64,000 bases of DNA from Terrimicrobiaceae bacterium (GCA_044342325.1 JBIIPZ010000010.1:16540-80539), one strand, 5' to 3'; positions 9,717 through 20,288 are shown, numbered from the stretch's first letter. Notes: generated from the letters alone by a model not told the origin. Program-made: numbers and translations.

Positions 9717-11072
9717 CTATCGCCCTTGGTTGAGTTTGGGATCTGTCATCTCCCCTTCGACAAAGGCGCCCTGTTCATGGAGAGCGTGGCGGATTTCGGC
9801 GGAGTCCAGCTCGCGCACATCGTGTTTTCCGAGTGTTGCCGTGAGCGCTGCTGCCACGCCTGCGGCCTGGCCAATGGCACAGAGCGGTGCCATGACGCGG
9901 TAGCTGGAATGGGCTTCGTGCGTGCCGCTGATGCAGCGCGATCCCAGGAGGAGGTTGCGGAAGCCTTTTGCCCGAATGCTGCGGTAAGGTATATGGTAAT
10001 AACCCGGCGGGGGAATTATCTCCAGCTGGGTGCCACTGCCGGAGGGATTGTGGATATCGATCATGTAAGCGCAGGCGGCAATCATGTCGTCGAACTTCGC
10101 CGGGCGCAGACAGTCCTCGGCGGTGAGAATGTAATCGCCGACCACCCGGCGGCCCTCGCGCACGCCCATTTTGGTGGAAATGAAATCAACCGTCGCGTTG
10201 GCGAAGGCGGGGTGGCGTTTCAATGCAGCGATCAGTTGATTGACCTGCCGTTCCCCTTCGCGTTTGGCGTCTTCCACGGAGCCCGGTTTGGTGGGATCGA
10301 CTCCGAGCACGCGCGTGTTGTTGAAGAGAAGGGATTTCCCGTCGGGATATGGCAGCCCAAAGACTTCGTTCTTGGGGATGTCCACCTCGCCGGCAGCCTT
10401 GGCCTCGCGATAAACAACGCTGACGGCGTTATTGAACGCGATCATCTCCGCCCAATTCGGCAAACGATCGGTGGGGTAATCCACTCCTGCCTTGGCGAAA
10501 TCAATGTTCGTCAGGCCAAAGGTGAGCGTCGAGGGCTGGAGGGCGCCGTCGCCGTCGCGTCCGATTTGAAACTCCGCGCCCGCCAGCGCGGAGAGATTGC
10601 CGTCGGCGGTCGAGTCGATCCAGACACTCGCCGTCAACCAGCCGGACTCCCGGCCCTCCATGCGGACGCGTTGAATTTGGCCGTCAACTGTTACCGCCTC
10701 GGCGACATGGGTTCCCGTCCAAACCGTCAGGTTCTCTTCCGCCGCAAGGATTCGTTGGTAGCGTTCCAACAACAGGCGGTGGTCATAAGTCTCGAGCGCC
10801 GGTCCACACCATGGCTCGGGAGCAGGTAAGAGAGCGGGCGAGTCATAGACCTCGGGAAAGAACTCGCAATGCAAACCGGTATTGATCGGACGCAGATTGG
10901 AATCCCGGAAATTGCAAACGAGTCCGACCGGCGAATGAACTCCGGTGCCGCCGATGACTTCAGCGGCTTCGAGCAAAAGAACTTTCGCACCGGCACGCGC
11001 TGCCGCGACGGCGGCAGAAACTCCACCCACGCCAGCTCCGGCGACGATCACGTCATAATGTTGTTGTTTCAT
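9717..11072 (-). CDS. FAD-dependent oxidoreductase
   Basis: DVIVAGAGVGGVSAA Rossmann motif, IDSTADG, GVREGRR, YHIPYRS, SSYRVM...GQAAG. Confidence 0.9.
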   Translation of the reverse strand: MKQQHYDVIVAGAGVGGVSAAVAAARAGAKVLLLEAAEVIGGTGVHSPVGLVCNFRDSNLRPINTGLHCEFFPEVYDSPALLPAPEPWCGPALETYDHRLLLERYQRILAAEENLTVWTGTHVAEAVTVDGQIQRVRMEGRESGWLTASVWIDSTADGNLSALAGAEFQIGRDGDGALQPSTLTFGLTNIDFAKAGVDYPTDRLPNWAEMIAFNNAVSVVYREAKAAGEVDIPKNEVFGLPYPDGKSLLFNNTRVLGVDPTKPGSVEDAKREGERQVNQLIAALKRHPAFANATVDFISTKMGVREGRRVVGDYILTAEDCLRPAKFDDMIAACAYMIDIHNPSGSGTQLEIIPPPGYYHIPYRSIRAKGFRNLLLGSRCISGTHEAHSSYRVMAPLCAIGQAAGVAAALTATLGKHDVRELDSAEIRHALHEQGAFVEGEMTDPKLNQGR

Positions 11073-11076
11073 GATT

Positions 11077-14000
11077 TTACCGGAGGGGTCTGGTTGCGTA
11101 ATCGGGCTTTGAAATCAGGACCTTCCGTGGCGGCCCGCCGCGAAGTTCGATCCCTGTGGTGTTCTGCGAGTCATAACTCCATGGTCCCCTGCCCTCGAAG
11201 CGACTGCCGAAGGCCTCGATGAGTTCCCCGTCGGGCACGCAGGCCGTGACGGTGCCGTCGGCGGCGCGGCGGATCCAGCCGGCACGGCCCACGAAGCGGA
11301 CTCCGTCGATCGACTCGTCCACCATGTCGTTATGCAGCCAGACATGGTCGGTGTATTCCGGGGTGACGACCTTCATGCCGCTGGCGCCGAATGACTCGAT
11401 GCGGATCTCGCGACCTCGCTCGCGGGCGAAGAGCAGGGTGCGGTAGATGCCGTCGGTGTGGTTGTAGAGGCGGAAGTAGTGCTGCGCGTGCTTCGCCCGG
11501 GCCTCCTCGCCGCCGCAACCGGGATGGAGATTCGGGATCAACTCCCCCGTCTCCATCTCAAATTGCACCGGATGCTGGACATGGGCGAGCAGGTCGAGGT
11601 CGAAACGCCCCTCGGCAGTGATTTTGGAGTCTTCCCGACGGATGTCGGTGCCGGTGAAATGGAGGTTGTATCGGTGGGGCACCTGACCATAGACCCGGTC
11701 GAAGAGAACTGTGTAGTCGGGTTTGACGAAAAGCAGTTGGCGCACTTTCCAGACCTTCGGCCCGACGGGGTTCTTGTCGCCGATGTAGAAGTAAGGCGTC
11801 TTGGTCCGGTCGATCTTGCCGTCCTTGTTCTCGACCTCGGCGAATGATCTCACTTTGCCCCAAAGGAGCTTGAGAGTAACCGGCACCTCACAACGCGTGT
11901 AATCAAGCGCCGGGGTAAAGAGGTGGTCGCCGAGGTAGCCGCGACGCAGGGGGTCCTCGTCGGGAATCTCTACCAGATTGTGGGCGCCCCCCACGCCGAC
12001 ATCGCCGGTGTAGGTGCCGTAGTCCATGCAGAGCGGCGTCCCCTTGGCATACCAGTTGAAGGCCGTCTCATCGGCTTCGTAGTGATCCTTGGCGAAGCCG
12101 ATTTTCTGGAAGAGATAACTCTCCTCCGGTCGCCCTTGGTGGTCGCGCAGGGCGACGCCGACCTCATCCATGCACTCGCTCTGTAAAGGATGAAGGATGA
12201 AGGATGAAGGATGAAGTGAAATCCCAAAAGGCGCCATGGCGGCCATGACGACAGGGTAATGCTCACCGGGGCGGGCATAAGAGTCGCCCATTTTCCAAAG
12301 CGCGAGGCAGGAGGCGCGCAAGGGATCATCCTCCGCCAACTCGGCCGCGAAGCAGAGCATCGTGTCGGCGCCAGTCTGCGGGAGCACCGCATTGCCGATC
12401 CCTGGCATGGTGTGCACGCCGAAGCGCTTGTCCACCGGCCCGACGAAGCGGCAGAGCCAGGAGACGAAGCGGCGCACCCGCTCGTCGTTGAAATAGTCAA
12501 TGCCCCAGCGTTCCTTGACTACCTTGAAGGTGATGACGAAGTAAGAAAGCGTGTAGAGCGCGTAATTGATCGACTCCTGCCAGGCGCCGCTTTTCCCGCA
12601 GTAGGCATCCAGCTGGCGGTCGATCTCGTCGAGTCCGAAGCGCCGCCAGAAAGCGGCGTCCGGGTGATCCTTGAAGACCGCCGAGAGGTGTGCGAGCGCG
12701 CAGAGCGGATCGCTCTGGAAGTTGGGCAGGCTGTTGGTCCAGATGAGTCGGTCGGGCTTGTGCTCGCCGCCGTAAGTGTAGAAGTCGCGGCTCGATTCCG
12801 GGTGGTCCGGGTGCTTCCAGGTGCGGGAATGCGGCCAGCGTCCCTCGTCGAGGATACGGCGCGCGGCGAAGGCGAAGTAGGCGCCCAGTTTGCGGAACTC
12901 TTCTTCGCTCAGCGCCGCGTCCCTCCGCAACTGCTCGTAGGCGAGAAGCATGCCACGCAGGTAGCGGGAGAACCCGATGACATTCTTCATGTAATCCGGT
13001 TGGTTCGCGCGGTAGCCCTGGAACTGGCGCACCCAGCGCTCGAAGCGCTCGATCAGGAACCCGTAAAGCGCCTGGGCGTTCTCTGGGGTCGGCTCAAGGA
13101 GATACCGGTAGCTGGCCAGATGTATCGCACCGCTCTGCTTGAGCCAGTCGTCGGGATCGTCGAGCACGCCTTGCAGACACGGGTATTGCCCGAGGCGGTT
13201 GCGAGCTGCGGCGTGAAAATCGCCAGCAGCGAATACGCCGGGAAGAGCGGCGCACGAGGCGTCCAAGGCGGCATCGCCGGTGAGGTCAAGATGCTCGTCG
13301 AGACGCAGTGCGTTGAACTCGGCATGCAGCCGGTGGAAGACAAAGCGCCGCTCCGGCGTGAAAGTTGTCTCCACCGGGCCGGTGTAGAGCAGCCAGTGGC
13401 GCACCCCGCTCTCAAGCGCGGCGTTCCACTCGACGGTGCCGCCTTTGTCGAGCAACTCGGGCATGTTGGCCACCGGTTCCTCCCATTTCGCTCCATAGAG
13501 GCCGAGGATGCCGATCATGCCGCGCGACTCGTCGCGCTCGTCGCAGAAGGCGAACCAGCCCCGGTTGTTGGGAATGAAATACTCCGTCTGCACCGGCATC
13601 TGCAGGCGGCAGAGCAGATCGCGCGGATGCTCGACACCGAGCGGTTCGACCGTCGGCTGGGAGTCTCCCTCGAAGCTGTCGCGGCTGATGATGTGGGTGA
13701 GGTTTTTCTCCGGATTGATTGTCCAGACGAGCCCGGCCCCCATACGCAGGCTGAAACGCTCCTCGGCCTCGATGTAGGAATCCTCCTTGTAGCAGCGGAA
13801 GCGGAGGGTGTAGGCGCGGTTTTCGCCGTAGTCGTAAACCAGCCGATAGTCGGTGAACAACGGCCCGTCGCACACACGGGCAAGCGAGGAGCGCAGCAGA
13901 GGATGATCGCAGCGAATCTGCGACTGCATCGGAAATCCCGCGAACCCGAGGAACGGGGAAGTGGACGAAACCAGAAGTCCCCTCCCCTCCGTGCCGATCA

Positions 14001-14286
14001 TGACGGGAGCGTCAAAAGGAATCGCGCACGCCGTCAGGTCGGTGCCTGAAGCATCCGCTTCGGAGAAGACCAACTCGCGTGTCTCTCCCTTGGTGAAGCC
14101 GAGTTTGACAAGAATTTCAGAACCAGTTTCCGACGAGGTTCCTGTGTATTGGAATGGCAAGGAAACGCCATCCACCGCGAGTGCCAGTGGCGCTCCGGGT
14201 TCGACGCCGGCGAGGCGGAGGCGGATATACTGCGGGGACCAGCCCGTGAAGAGCGGGCTGGAGAGGTTCATGGTGATGTTGTTCAT
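11077..14286 (-). CDS. Large heparinase II/III-like or polysaccharide lyase-like protein
   Basis: Start reassigned to MNNITM at 14286; GAWQESINY, DHYEADETAFNWYAKGTPLCMDYG, AHNLV and RQLLFVKPDYTVLFD resemble the heparinase II/III-type architecture. Confidence 0.55.
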   Translation of the reverse strand: MNNITMNLSSPLFTGWSPQYIRLRLAGVEPGAPLALAVDGVSLPFQYTGTSSETGSEILVKLGFTKGETRELVFSEADASGTDLTACAIPFDAPVMIGTEGRGLLVSSTSPFLGFAGFPMQSQIRCDHPLLRSSLARVCDGPLFTDYRLVYDYGENRAYTLRFRCYKEDSYIEAEERFSLRMGAGLVWTINPEKNLTHIISRDSFEGDSQPTVEPLGVEHPRDLLCRLQMPVQTEYFIPNNRGWFAFCDERDESRGMIGILGLYGAKWEEPVANMPELLDKGGTVEWNAALESGVRHWLLYTGPVETTFTPERRFVFHRLHAEFNALRLDEHLDLTGDAALDASCAALPGVFAAGDFHAAARNRLGQYPCLQGVLDDPDDWLKQSGAIHLASYRYLLEPTPENAQALYGFLIERFERWVRQFQGYRANQPDYMKNVIGFSRYLRGMLLAYEQLRRDAALSEEEFRKLGAYFAFAARRILDEGRWPHSRTWKHPDHPESSRDFYTYGGEHKPDRLIWTNSLPNFQSDPLCALAHLSAVFKDHPDAAFWRRFGLDEIDRQLDAYCGKSGAWQESINYALYTLSYFVITFKVVKERWGIDYFNDERVRRFVSWLCRFVGPVDKRFGVHTMPGIGNAVLPQTGADTMLCFAAELAEDDPLRASCLALWKMGDSYARPGEHYPVVMAAMAPFGISLHPSSFILHPLQSECMDEVGVALRDHQGRPEESYLFQKIGFAKDHYEADETAFNWYAKGTPLCMDYGTYTGDVGVGGAHNLVEIPDEDPLRRGYLGDHLFTPALDYTRCEVPVTLKLLWGKVRSFAEVENKDGKIDRTKTPYFYIGDKNPVGPKVWKVRQLLFVKPDYTVLFDRVYGQVPHRYNLHFTGTDIRREDSKITAEGRFDLDLLAHVQHPVQFEMETGELIPNLHPGCGGEEARAKHAQHYFRLYNHTDGIYRTLLFARERGREIRIESFGASGMKVVTPEYTDHVWLHNDMVDESIDGVRFVGRAGWIRRAADGTVTACVPDGELIEAFGSRFEGRGPWSYDSQNTTGIELRGGPPRKVLISKPDYATRPLR
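12186..12213. repeat. Heptamer tandem repeat (AAGGATG)x4 inside the CDS
   Basis: Read directly; encodes LHPSSFILHP. Confidence 0.9.
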
Positions 14287-14309
14287 AGGTTCATGGTGAT
14301 GTTGTTCAT
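14264..14309. repeat. Exact 23-bp tandem duplication spanning the start codon
   Basis: AGGTTCATGGTGATGTTGTTCAT at 14264-14286 and 14287-14309. Confidence 0.95.
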
Positions 14310-16246
14310 GCATTAAATTCGCTGGGTTCCCAGACAAACAGGGCGGGAGAACCGGGGTTCGGCACGGCGAGACGCAAGGAAGTGTCCGTGGAGAAGGGAC
14401 GGCCCGAGAACATCTCCACGCCCGTCCGGGGCCTGTCGAGCATGACCTCCGGCCCATCACCTTGAACGAGCAGCATCGAGGCATTTTCCCAGGCACACAC
14501 GCCGTCGGAGGCGAAGAAGTGGACTCCGGCGGCCTCGGCGTATTTCCTCACCTCCTGCGGGCTGGGATAAAAACCGGGTTCCGCATTCCAATGGAAATGG
14601 ACCGCCGGATGACTCTCCCGGTAGGCCGCGAGGCGCCGGATCGCGGCCGGATCGTGAATACCGAAAGGGGCGACGATTTTCCAGGCAGGAAGGCTTTCCT
14701 CTAGTAAATCCTCCAGCAGCAGAACCTCGACCGCACAGCCCATCCGCATGAGCGGAGCCATGGCGCGGTAGACTTTTTGCTCGAAGGCCTTGTGATCAAG
14801 TGTCTGGCGGGCCACGGAAAACTCGTCCAAAACAATGGCAATCTGCGCCTGATTGGAACGGTCCCGCGTGACAAGTTTCTCACCGAGTTGCTGGAGACGG
14901 TTGATTTCCTCCAGCACCTCCGGATGGTCGAAATTCGGGCGGTAGGCGTTGAGCCAACCGGTGAGTTCGGTGAGCCAAAGATGCTTGCCCCGGGCAAGCG
15001 CGAGGCCGAAGGCCCAACGGAGCATCACGACCGTCTCTTCCAAAGTCTCCGCCGCACCCACATCCAGCGCGACCAGGCGGGAGTCGCCGTTCGTTGGATT
15101 GATAAATGTGTAGTTATCGTTCTCATCGAGCCAAGCCTTGCCATGGCGGTGGCAGGTTCCGAGCGGACCGTGCTCGAACAGCATTCCATTTGCAGGACGC
15201 CTATTGGAATAGGCATACGGCGAGGCCAGAAAATCGAGATGCGGCGAGCGAACGACGCGTCCCGTGGCATGGTGCCCGCCGAGAAAGCCGCCGGCCCCGT
15301 AGAGTCCGGTAAACGGGGTCTGCTCCCGCGCGGTGAGCGTGTAGCCGTAGAAGGCGCCCAGGGTCAGATTGCCGCCGCTCTCCTCTTTGGCCGCCGAGCA
15401 GAGGGAAAGAAGCATGTCGACCGTCATTTCGGAGAGTGTCTGCTGGTGGTCGATGACATCCTGTTCTTCGGGTATCTGGCGGAGTCCCTCCCCGCCGCCC
15501 GCGCGCTCCCTGCGTTCGCGACCAGGGATCTCCGCCGCATCGATGCGGGACGGCCTGCCCCAGGCTTCCGAAAGCGCGGCGTCTGTGCCGTATTTTTTTC
15601 GGAGAAACTCCCTGAAATAACTCGCCGCATGCGGGCTGTGGTCGGGGAATCCGTCGGTCCCGAGGATCGACCATTCCCAGGTGATTCCATAACTGACGAG
15701 AAATGCGCCCACACGCCTGCTCCATCCCGAGCGGATCAGCCAGCGGACGAATTCCCTCATCGCCTGCACGCACTCCTCACGCCAGAGCGGCGAGGCAAGG
15801 CTGGGCAGACGACGCTCACCGGCCCGCTGCAACTCCCGCTCGGTCGTGTCGTCGGCATAAACCTGGAGATGCCCGGGGTTGGCGTCCAACCACCATTCCG
15901 GCGCCCCGGCATAGACGCGCAGCAAAAGCAAGGCGTCGGGACACTCACCAAGCACGAGTTTGAAATAGCGGTCCATCGCCGAGCCATCAAAGCGTCCGGG
16001 CCCATGCCAGAAACGGAGTTCCGGATGGTAGATATCCTCCGAACAGGTCGCATCACACTGGAGAAAGCGGGCTCCGGCGCTTTCGAGCGTCCGGAACAAG
16101 GCCACATTGTCACCAAGGAACGGCCTCTCGCCTCCAAGGCCGAACCAAGGTTGACCATCACGGTGCAGAGTCGGCACACCATGGTGGTTAAGGATGCGGA
16201 TATCCGGCCAGTCGGTGGAAGGTGTAGGGCTGGGATTTGAGATCAT
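14306..16246 (-). CDS. Beta-galactosidase-like (GH42-related) glycoside hydrolase
   Basis: Start at 16246 (ATGA overlap); SLASPLWR, GITWEW, FREFLRKKYGT..ALSEAWG, GAFYGY, LDFLASPYAY motifs. Confidence 0.65.
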   Translation of the reverse strand: MISNPSPTPSTDWPDIRILNHHGVPTLHRDGQPWFGLGGERPFLGDNVALFRTLESAGARFLQCDATCSEDIYHPELRFWHGPGRFDGSAMDRYFKLVLGECPDALLLLRVYAGAPEWWLDANPGHLQVYADDTTERELQRAGERRLPSLASPLWREECVQAMREFVRWLIRSGWSRRVGAFLVSYGITWEWSILGTDGFPDHSPHAASYFREFLRKKYGTDAALSEAWGRPSRIDAAEIPGRERRERAGGGEGLRQIPEEQDVIDHQQTLSEMTVDMLLSLCSAAKEESGGNLTLGAFYGYTLTAREQTPFTGLYGAGGFLGGHHATGRVVRSPHLDFLASPYAYSNRRPANGMLFEHGPLGTCHRHGKAWLDENDNYTFINPTNGDSRLVALDVGAAETLEETVVMLRWAFGLALARGKHLWLTELTGWLNAYRPNFDHPEVLEEINRLQQLGEKLVTRDRSNQAQIAIVLDEFSVARQTLDHKAFEQKVYRAMAPLMRMGCAVEVLLLEDLLEESLPAWKIVAPFGIHDPAAIRRLAAYRESHPAVHFHWNAEPGFYPSPQEVRKYAEAAGVHFFASDGVCAWENASMLLVQGDGPEVMLDRPRTGVEMFSGRPFSTDTSLRLAVPNPGSPALFVWEPSEFNA

Positions 16247-16737
16247 AAAGTTGGGTGTCCAAGATTCGATATGCTTTCCAAATCTTTCACATCGACGCAG
16301 ACCAGCGGCGGTCTGGCATCGGGTGTTTCCGTGGTGAAGCGCACATTCTCGAGCCTGATCTGCTCCGCGTGGCGGAGATAAAGTCCACTGGCCGGCATGG
16401 CAAACCATCCGCCCTGCGGATAGCCGTTAGCAGGCATACTCGGTTCGGTTTCAAATCCGCCGTCGGTGATGCCCTTAATCGGGAGTCCCGGCGTGCGCAG
16501 CATTTTCCATGTGTAGTCACCAGCGGGCAATGGCGCGCCGGATCGATCCAGACCGTCCCAGGCAAATTGATGCGAACCAGCCTGCATCGGCAAAGCCCGT
16601 GGCAACTCACGCACCATGCGACCGCCCTTGTCGTAAATGGGTGCCGAAACATTGCCAGGTTTGTCGAGGGTGAACGGGATGTCGGCGGCGTGGGTTATAC
16701 CGGAGGTGAAAAGAAGGATTTTGAAGAGGAGTTTCAT
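16243..16737 (-). pseudogene. Chimeric ORF: signal peptide + FlgD-Ig N-terminus fused to a GH28-type C-terminal tail
   Basis: First ~85 aa match the N-terminus of 16764-20288 (TLDKPGNVSA.IYD..GRMVREL.RA.PMQAG); last ~60 aa (YPQGGWFAMPASGLYLRHAEQIRLENVRF...DARP) resemble GH28 C-termini. Confidence 0.6.
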
Positions 16738-16763
16738 GATGTGGAGGTCTAAGCGCGCTCAAA

Positions 16764-19700
16764 TCACGGCGGGCTCAGTGCTGCGGTCGGCACGTGCTCC
16801 ACCGGCTGGCTGAGGCTTTCCCAATTCAGGTGAAACGATGGGTCAGGCTTGGGAGATTTGGGGTCCATGGGCACGGCGCGGTATTCGATGCGGATGGAGA
16901 CCTTCTTGCCGGATTCCATCGGTATGGGGAGCGAGTGGCCTTTGCGAATCTCGCGCTCGCGCGGATAGTCCTGCTGGGCCCAGGTCACTTCCTTGCCGTC
17001 AACCCAGAGCTTGAACTCGCCTCGGGCGTAGATGCTCAGGCAGTAGTCCTCGGTGAAGCGTGGCTCGATGAAGCCGGTCCAGCGAATGCTGAAATCCTTG
17101 GCGGGGGTGTCCTTTGGCCACGGTTTGTCGATCCCGAACCACAGGCGCTCGTCGATGCGGGTGAGCGCGGGATCGCCAGCGAGATCGAGGTTGGAAAAGA
17201 CCTCGGCTTTGAGGCCTGTGCCATTGTGCAGGGGAGCTGTGACGGGTTGCGCAAGGGTGATTTCGCCTCGCTGGCGCACCCAGCCATCCCAGCCGGTGAT
17301 GCGGTAGCAGGGGTTGTTGTTCGCGCCCTGGCCGAGGAAGACGACGCTGCCATCGGGGAGTTCGGCAACTTCGCCACCGGTGCGGGAATCGTCGGAGGCG
17401 ATCGGAGATTGCTGATCATAGTTGTTTCTTCCGATCCGTTTTCCATTGATGCCGTGCCAGGTGTAGAGGCGATCCGGCTGGCTGCCAGGATTGCTCAGAT
17501 CGCGGCCGTCATAGGGATCGCGGCCATCGAAGAGGCCTCCGACATAAAGGCCGTCGGTCGTCCAGAACTCACACGGCTGCTCCAACCAGTCGAACACCGG
17601 CACGCAGCCTTTGAGTTCGCGGCCGAGGTGCCACGCGCCGTGCAGTTGACCGCGCGGATGCGGCCAGCGAGCGACCTTCGACGAGCTCCGCCAGATGCGG
17701 TTGCCAGCGGCATCGAGCCGCAGCAGCGCCATGCCATCGGTCATCGTCGAGGGCCAGCCCCATCCGTGAACGGCGGTGTCATAGGTGCTGGAACTCTTGG
17801 TGCCGTCACCATTGCCGCCGAGAAGGGCAAAAGCCCCTCCATCAGTGACAGGCAGGAGCGACCGCGTCTCGCCACGGCGCTCGGTCTTGGGTCCGGCAGC
17901 CACACCTTGCAGCGGCCATACCGGCGCGCCGCAGGCCGTGATGCGCTCGGGTTTGTAGATGAGATACATGCCGTCCTTGTTGGTGCTACCGCTGCCGATC
18001 CAGGCATTCAACGCATCGTCGATCCGGAGGCAGAAGCCCCCATTGAGTCCCGTCGGTGAGCTGGCATCACGATGGGCTTCCCCGAGACGCAGTTCGTTGG
18101 CGTCGATGAGACCGTCGCCGTTCTCATCGGCCCAGGAATAACGGGCGTATTTGATCCGTGACTTCGCATCTGCCGGATCGCCTCCTGCAAGGCGGATCGC
18201 CTCGGCCCAAGCGGGCGGGAGTTGCTCAACGGTCGCGGTGTTGTCAGCCGCCCAGAGATCCCGGTGCATGAGGCCGAGAGAGGCGCGCGGACGCAGGCGG
18301 TCGTTCTTTTCATCATGCACGAGCAGCAGCGGCAGCGCTGTAAACTCAAGCAGCAACTCCGGCTTGCCATCGCCATCGAGATCGCGACGCATCGTTCTCA
18401 TGCGGTTGAAGCTTGGCACCCGACCGGAGAACCATGGCGCGTAACTTTGCCGCGTGGCATAGATCGCATCGCCGGTGCCGCCGCCCTTCGGATCAAACAT
18501 CTCCGTCCAGCGATACGCGGCGACGGGCTGCCAGTCGCGTTTGGCATAGTCGAGCTTTGCCTGCACGATCGTTTCGTCGTCCTGGCGAATCCAGCCAAGC
18601 GAGGGATCGGACGGATCGAGCGCTGTCTGCGCGTAGAAATCCATGCCTCCGAACCATTCCTTCACCGGCTCGCCCTTCGCATCGAAGCGGGCCGTGCGGC
18701 GCGGCACGGTATTCTGCTCGATGACGACGAAACCGCCGTGCCCGTCGGCTGCAATGCCACGCAGGCTGGAAAAATCGTGCGGTTCGTAGCGACCGAGCTT
18801 GCGACCGCCCTCGCGACCATGCGTGGCGATCAATTTGCCTGCGGCGTCAAAGGCCTTCACCTGCTGAACCTCGCCCCCCTCGGCGACAAAGATCCCGCCG
18901 GTCTTCGCATCCACATCAAGAGCCACGGCATCCCGCAGGCCACGCAGAAGAGTGACGGGCTTTTTATCCTCCCGCGAGAAACGCACCACGCTGTCGCCGA
19001 TGAGCGCGAAGACTTCGTGCTTCGGCCCGAGCGCGATGTCACGAACATCGGCGAGCGGCATCGAATCGATCGTGCCGCCCGTGGCGGGATCGAGCCAAAC
19101 CAAACGACCAGCTCCAAGGGATGCAAGCAGCAGCGTGGAATCATCGGCTGCGATGCGATCCGCCATCGCAATGACCTCGATCTTGCGCAGACCCCAATGC
19201 GCGGCCTTGGGCTTTGCACGCGGGCTCTCCGGGATGAACTTAAGGCTCAGCTTGCCGTTCTTCACGGGAACCGCGCGTGGCCCCCCGTAAATTTGCGGCA
19301 GAAAGATCGGCTTCGTTTTCGCGGCGGCGGCCGATGGCGGCAACTGCCACCACGCCATCTTGTCGGCGAGCGTGTAGTGGCCGGGATAAGCTGCCATGCC
19401 GTTGGGCTGAACCTCCACGAGAGTTGTTGCCTGGGCATCGTCACCGTAGTGATAGCGCAGCAGATAATCGCCATCGGGAAGCGGCGCTTCAAACACACGC
19501 GGCTCCAGCGCATCGCAGGTAGTGCCGCCGCTGCCTTGCTTCATGCCCTCGATCGAGTTCCATCCGGTGGTCGTCACGGCATCGAGTGCCGCGAGCGGAA
19601 CCGCTGTTTCCCCCGCTTCAGGCAGACCGTTGCCGAAGACGAAGGTCTTCACAGGAAGCTCTGCAGAGAGCGTCGTGCCATACTGCCCCTTTCCCACGGG

Positions 19701-20288
19701 CTTACAGGTGGCCAAGTCCAAAACATAGACCTTGCCACTGTCATCCAAGTAAAACGCCTTCCCTCCCCCCACCGCGAGGTCGCGGGGATTGCGCGCTGGC
19801 TCAAACTGTGTGCGCTCCCAGATGACCTTCCCGTCAAAGCCCACACGCGTCAGATAGGGCGGCCCCTCGGAATTCGCGGCGGCAATCAGCGAATCCTCCG
19901 TCACCACAAGGGCTATCGGTCCCGCATGGTTTCCCGGCCACCAACGCTCACCCACGCTGGTTCCCACGCTCATAAGATACTCACTGCGCAGCCCCTGAGT
20001 CTGCAGCGAGCGCCATTCATACTTGCCCGCCGGCGCCGGCTTGCCATCCATGTCGAGTCCGTCCCACTCGAGCGCTTGCTTGCCCGCCTGCATCGGCACC
20101 GCCCGCGCCAATTCGCGCACCATACGCCCCTGCGCATCGTAGATGGCGGCGGAAACATTGCCCGGCTTGTCAAGGGTCACGGTGATTTTGTCACCCGGCG
20201 CTTCGGGTTCTTTCGCCGTCGCCTGTTGTTTTAAAGAACCGGTGAAGAATGACAGGGAAACGAGGAAGAGGAAGTGATGCAGTTTCAT
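16764..20288 (-). CDS. Secreted FlgD-Ig + beta-propeller + PA14 domain protein
   Basis: Signal peptide; EWDGLDMDGKPAPAGKYEW (FlgD-Ig); GNHAGP; DENGDGLID Ca-binding-like loop; C-terminal GLKAEVFSN...FSIRWTGFIEP (PA14). Confidence 0.75.
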   Translation of the reverse strand: MKLHHFLFLVSLSFFTGSLKQQATAKEPEAPGDKITVTLDKPGNVSAAIYDAQGRMVRELARAVPMQAGKQALEWDGLDMDGKPAPAGKYEWRSLQTQGLRSEYLMSVGTSVGERWWPGNHAGPIALVVTEDSLIAAANSEGPPYLTRVGFDGKVIWERTQFEPARNPRDLAVGGGKAFYLDDSGKVYVLDLATCKPVGKGQYGTTLSAELPVKTFVFGNGLPEAGETAVPLAALDAVTTTGWNSIEGMKQGSGGTTCDALEPRVFEAPLPDGDYLLRYHYGDDAQATTLVEVQPNGMAAYPGHYTLADKMAWWQLPPSAAAAKTKPIFLPQIYGGPRAVPVKNGKLSLKFIPESPRAKPKAAHWGLRKIEVIAMADRIAADDSTLLLASLGAGRLVWLDPATGGTIDSMPLADVRDIALGPKHEVFALIGDSVVRFSREDKKPVTLLRGLRDAVALDVDAKTGGIFVAEGGEVQQVKAFDAAGKLIATHGREGGRKLGRYEPHDFSSLRGIAADGHGGFVVIEQNTVPRRTARFDAKGEPVKEWFGGMDFYAQTALDPSDPSLGWIRQDDETIVQAKLDYAKRDWQPVAAYRWTEMFDPKGGGTGDAIYATRQSYAPWFSGRVPSFNRMRTMRRDLDGDGKPELLLEFTALPLLLVHDEKNDRLRPRASLGLMHRDLWAADNTATVEQLPPAWAEAIRLAGGDPADAKSRIKYARYSWADENGDGLIDANELRLGEAHRDASSPTGLNGGFCLRIDDALNAWIGSGSTNKDGMYLIYKPERITACGAPVWPLQGVAAGPKTERRGETRSLLPVTDGGAFALLGGNGDGTKSSSTYDTAVHGWGWPSTMTDGMALLRLDAAGNRIWRSSSKVARWPHPRGQLHGAWHLGRELKGCVPVFDWLEQPCEFWTTDGLYVGGLFDGRDPYDGRDLSNPGSQPDRLYTWHGINGKRIGRNNYDQQSPIASDDSRTGGEVAELPDGSVVFLGQGANNNPCYRITGWDGWVRQRGEITLAQPVTAPLHNGTGLKAEVFSNLDLAGDPALTRIDERLWFGIDKPWPKDTPAKDFSIRWTGFIEPRFTEDYCLSIYARGEFKLWVDGKEVTWAQQDYPREREIRKGHSLPIPMESGKKVSIRIEYRAVPMDPKSPKPDPSFHLNWESLSQPVEHVPTAALSPP

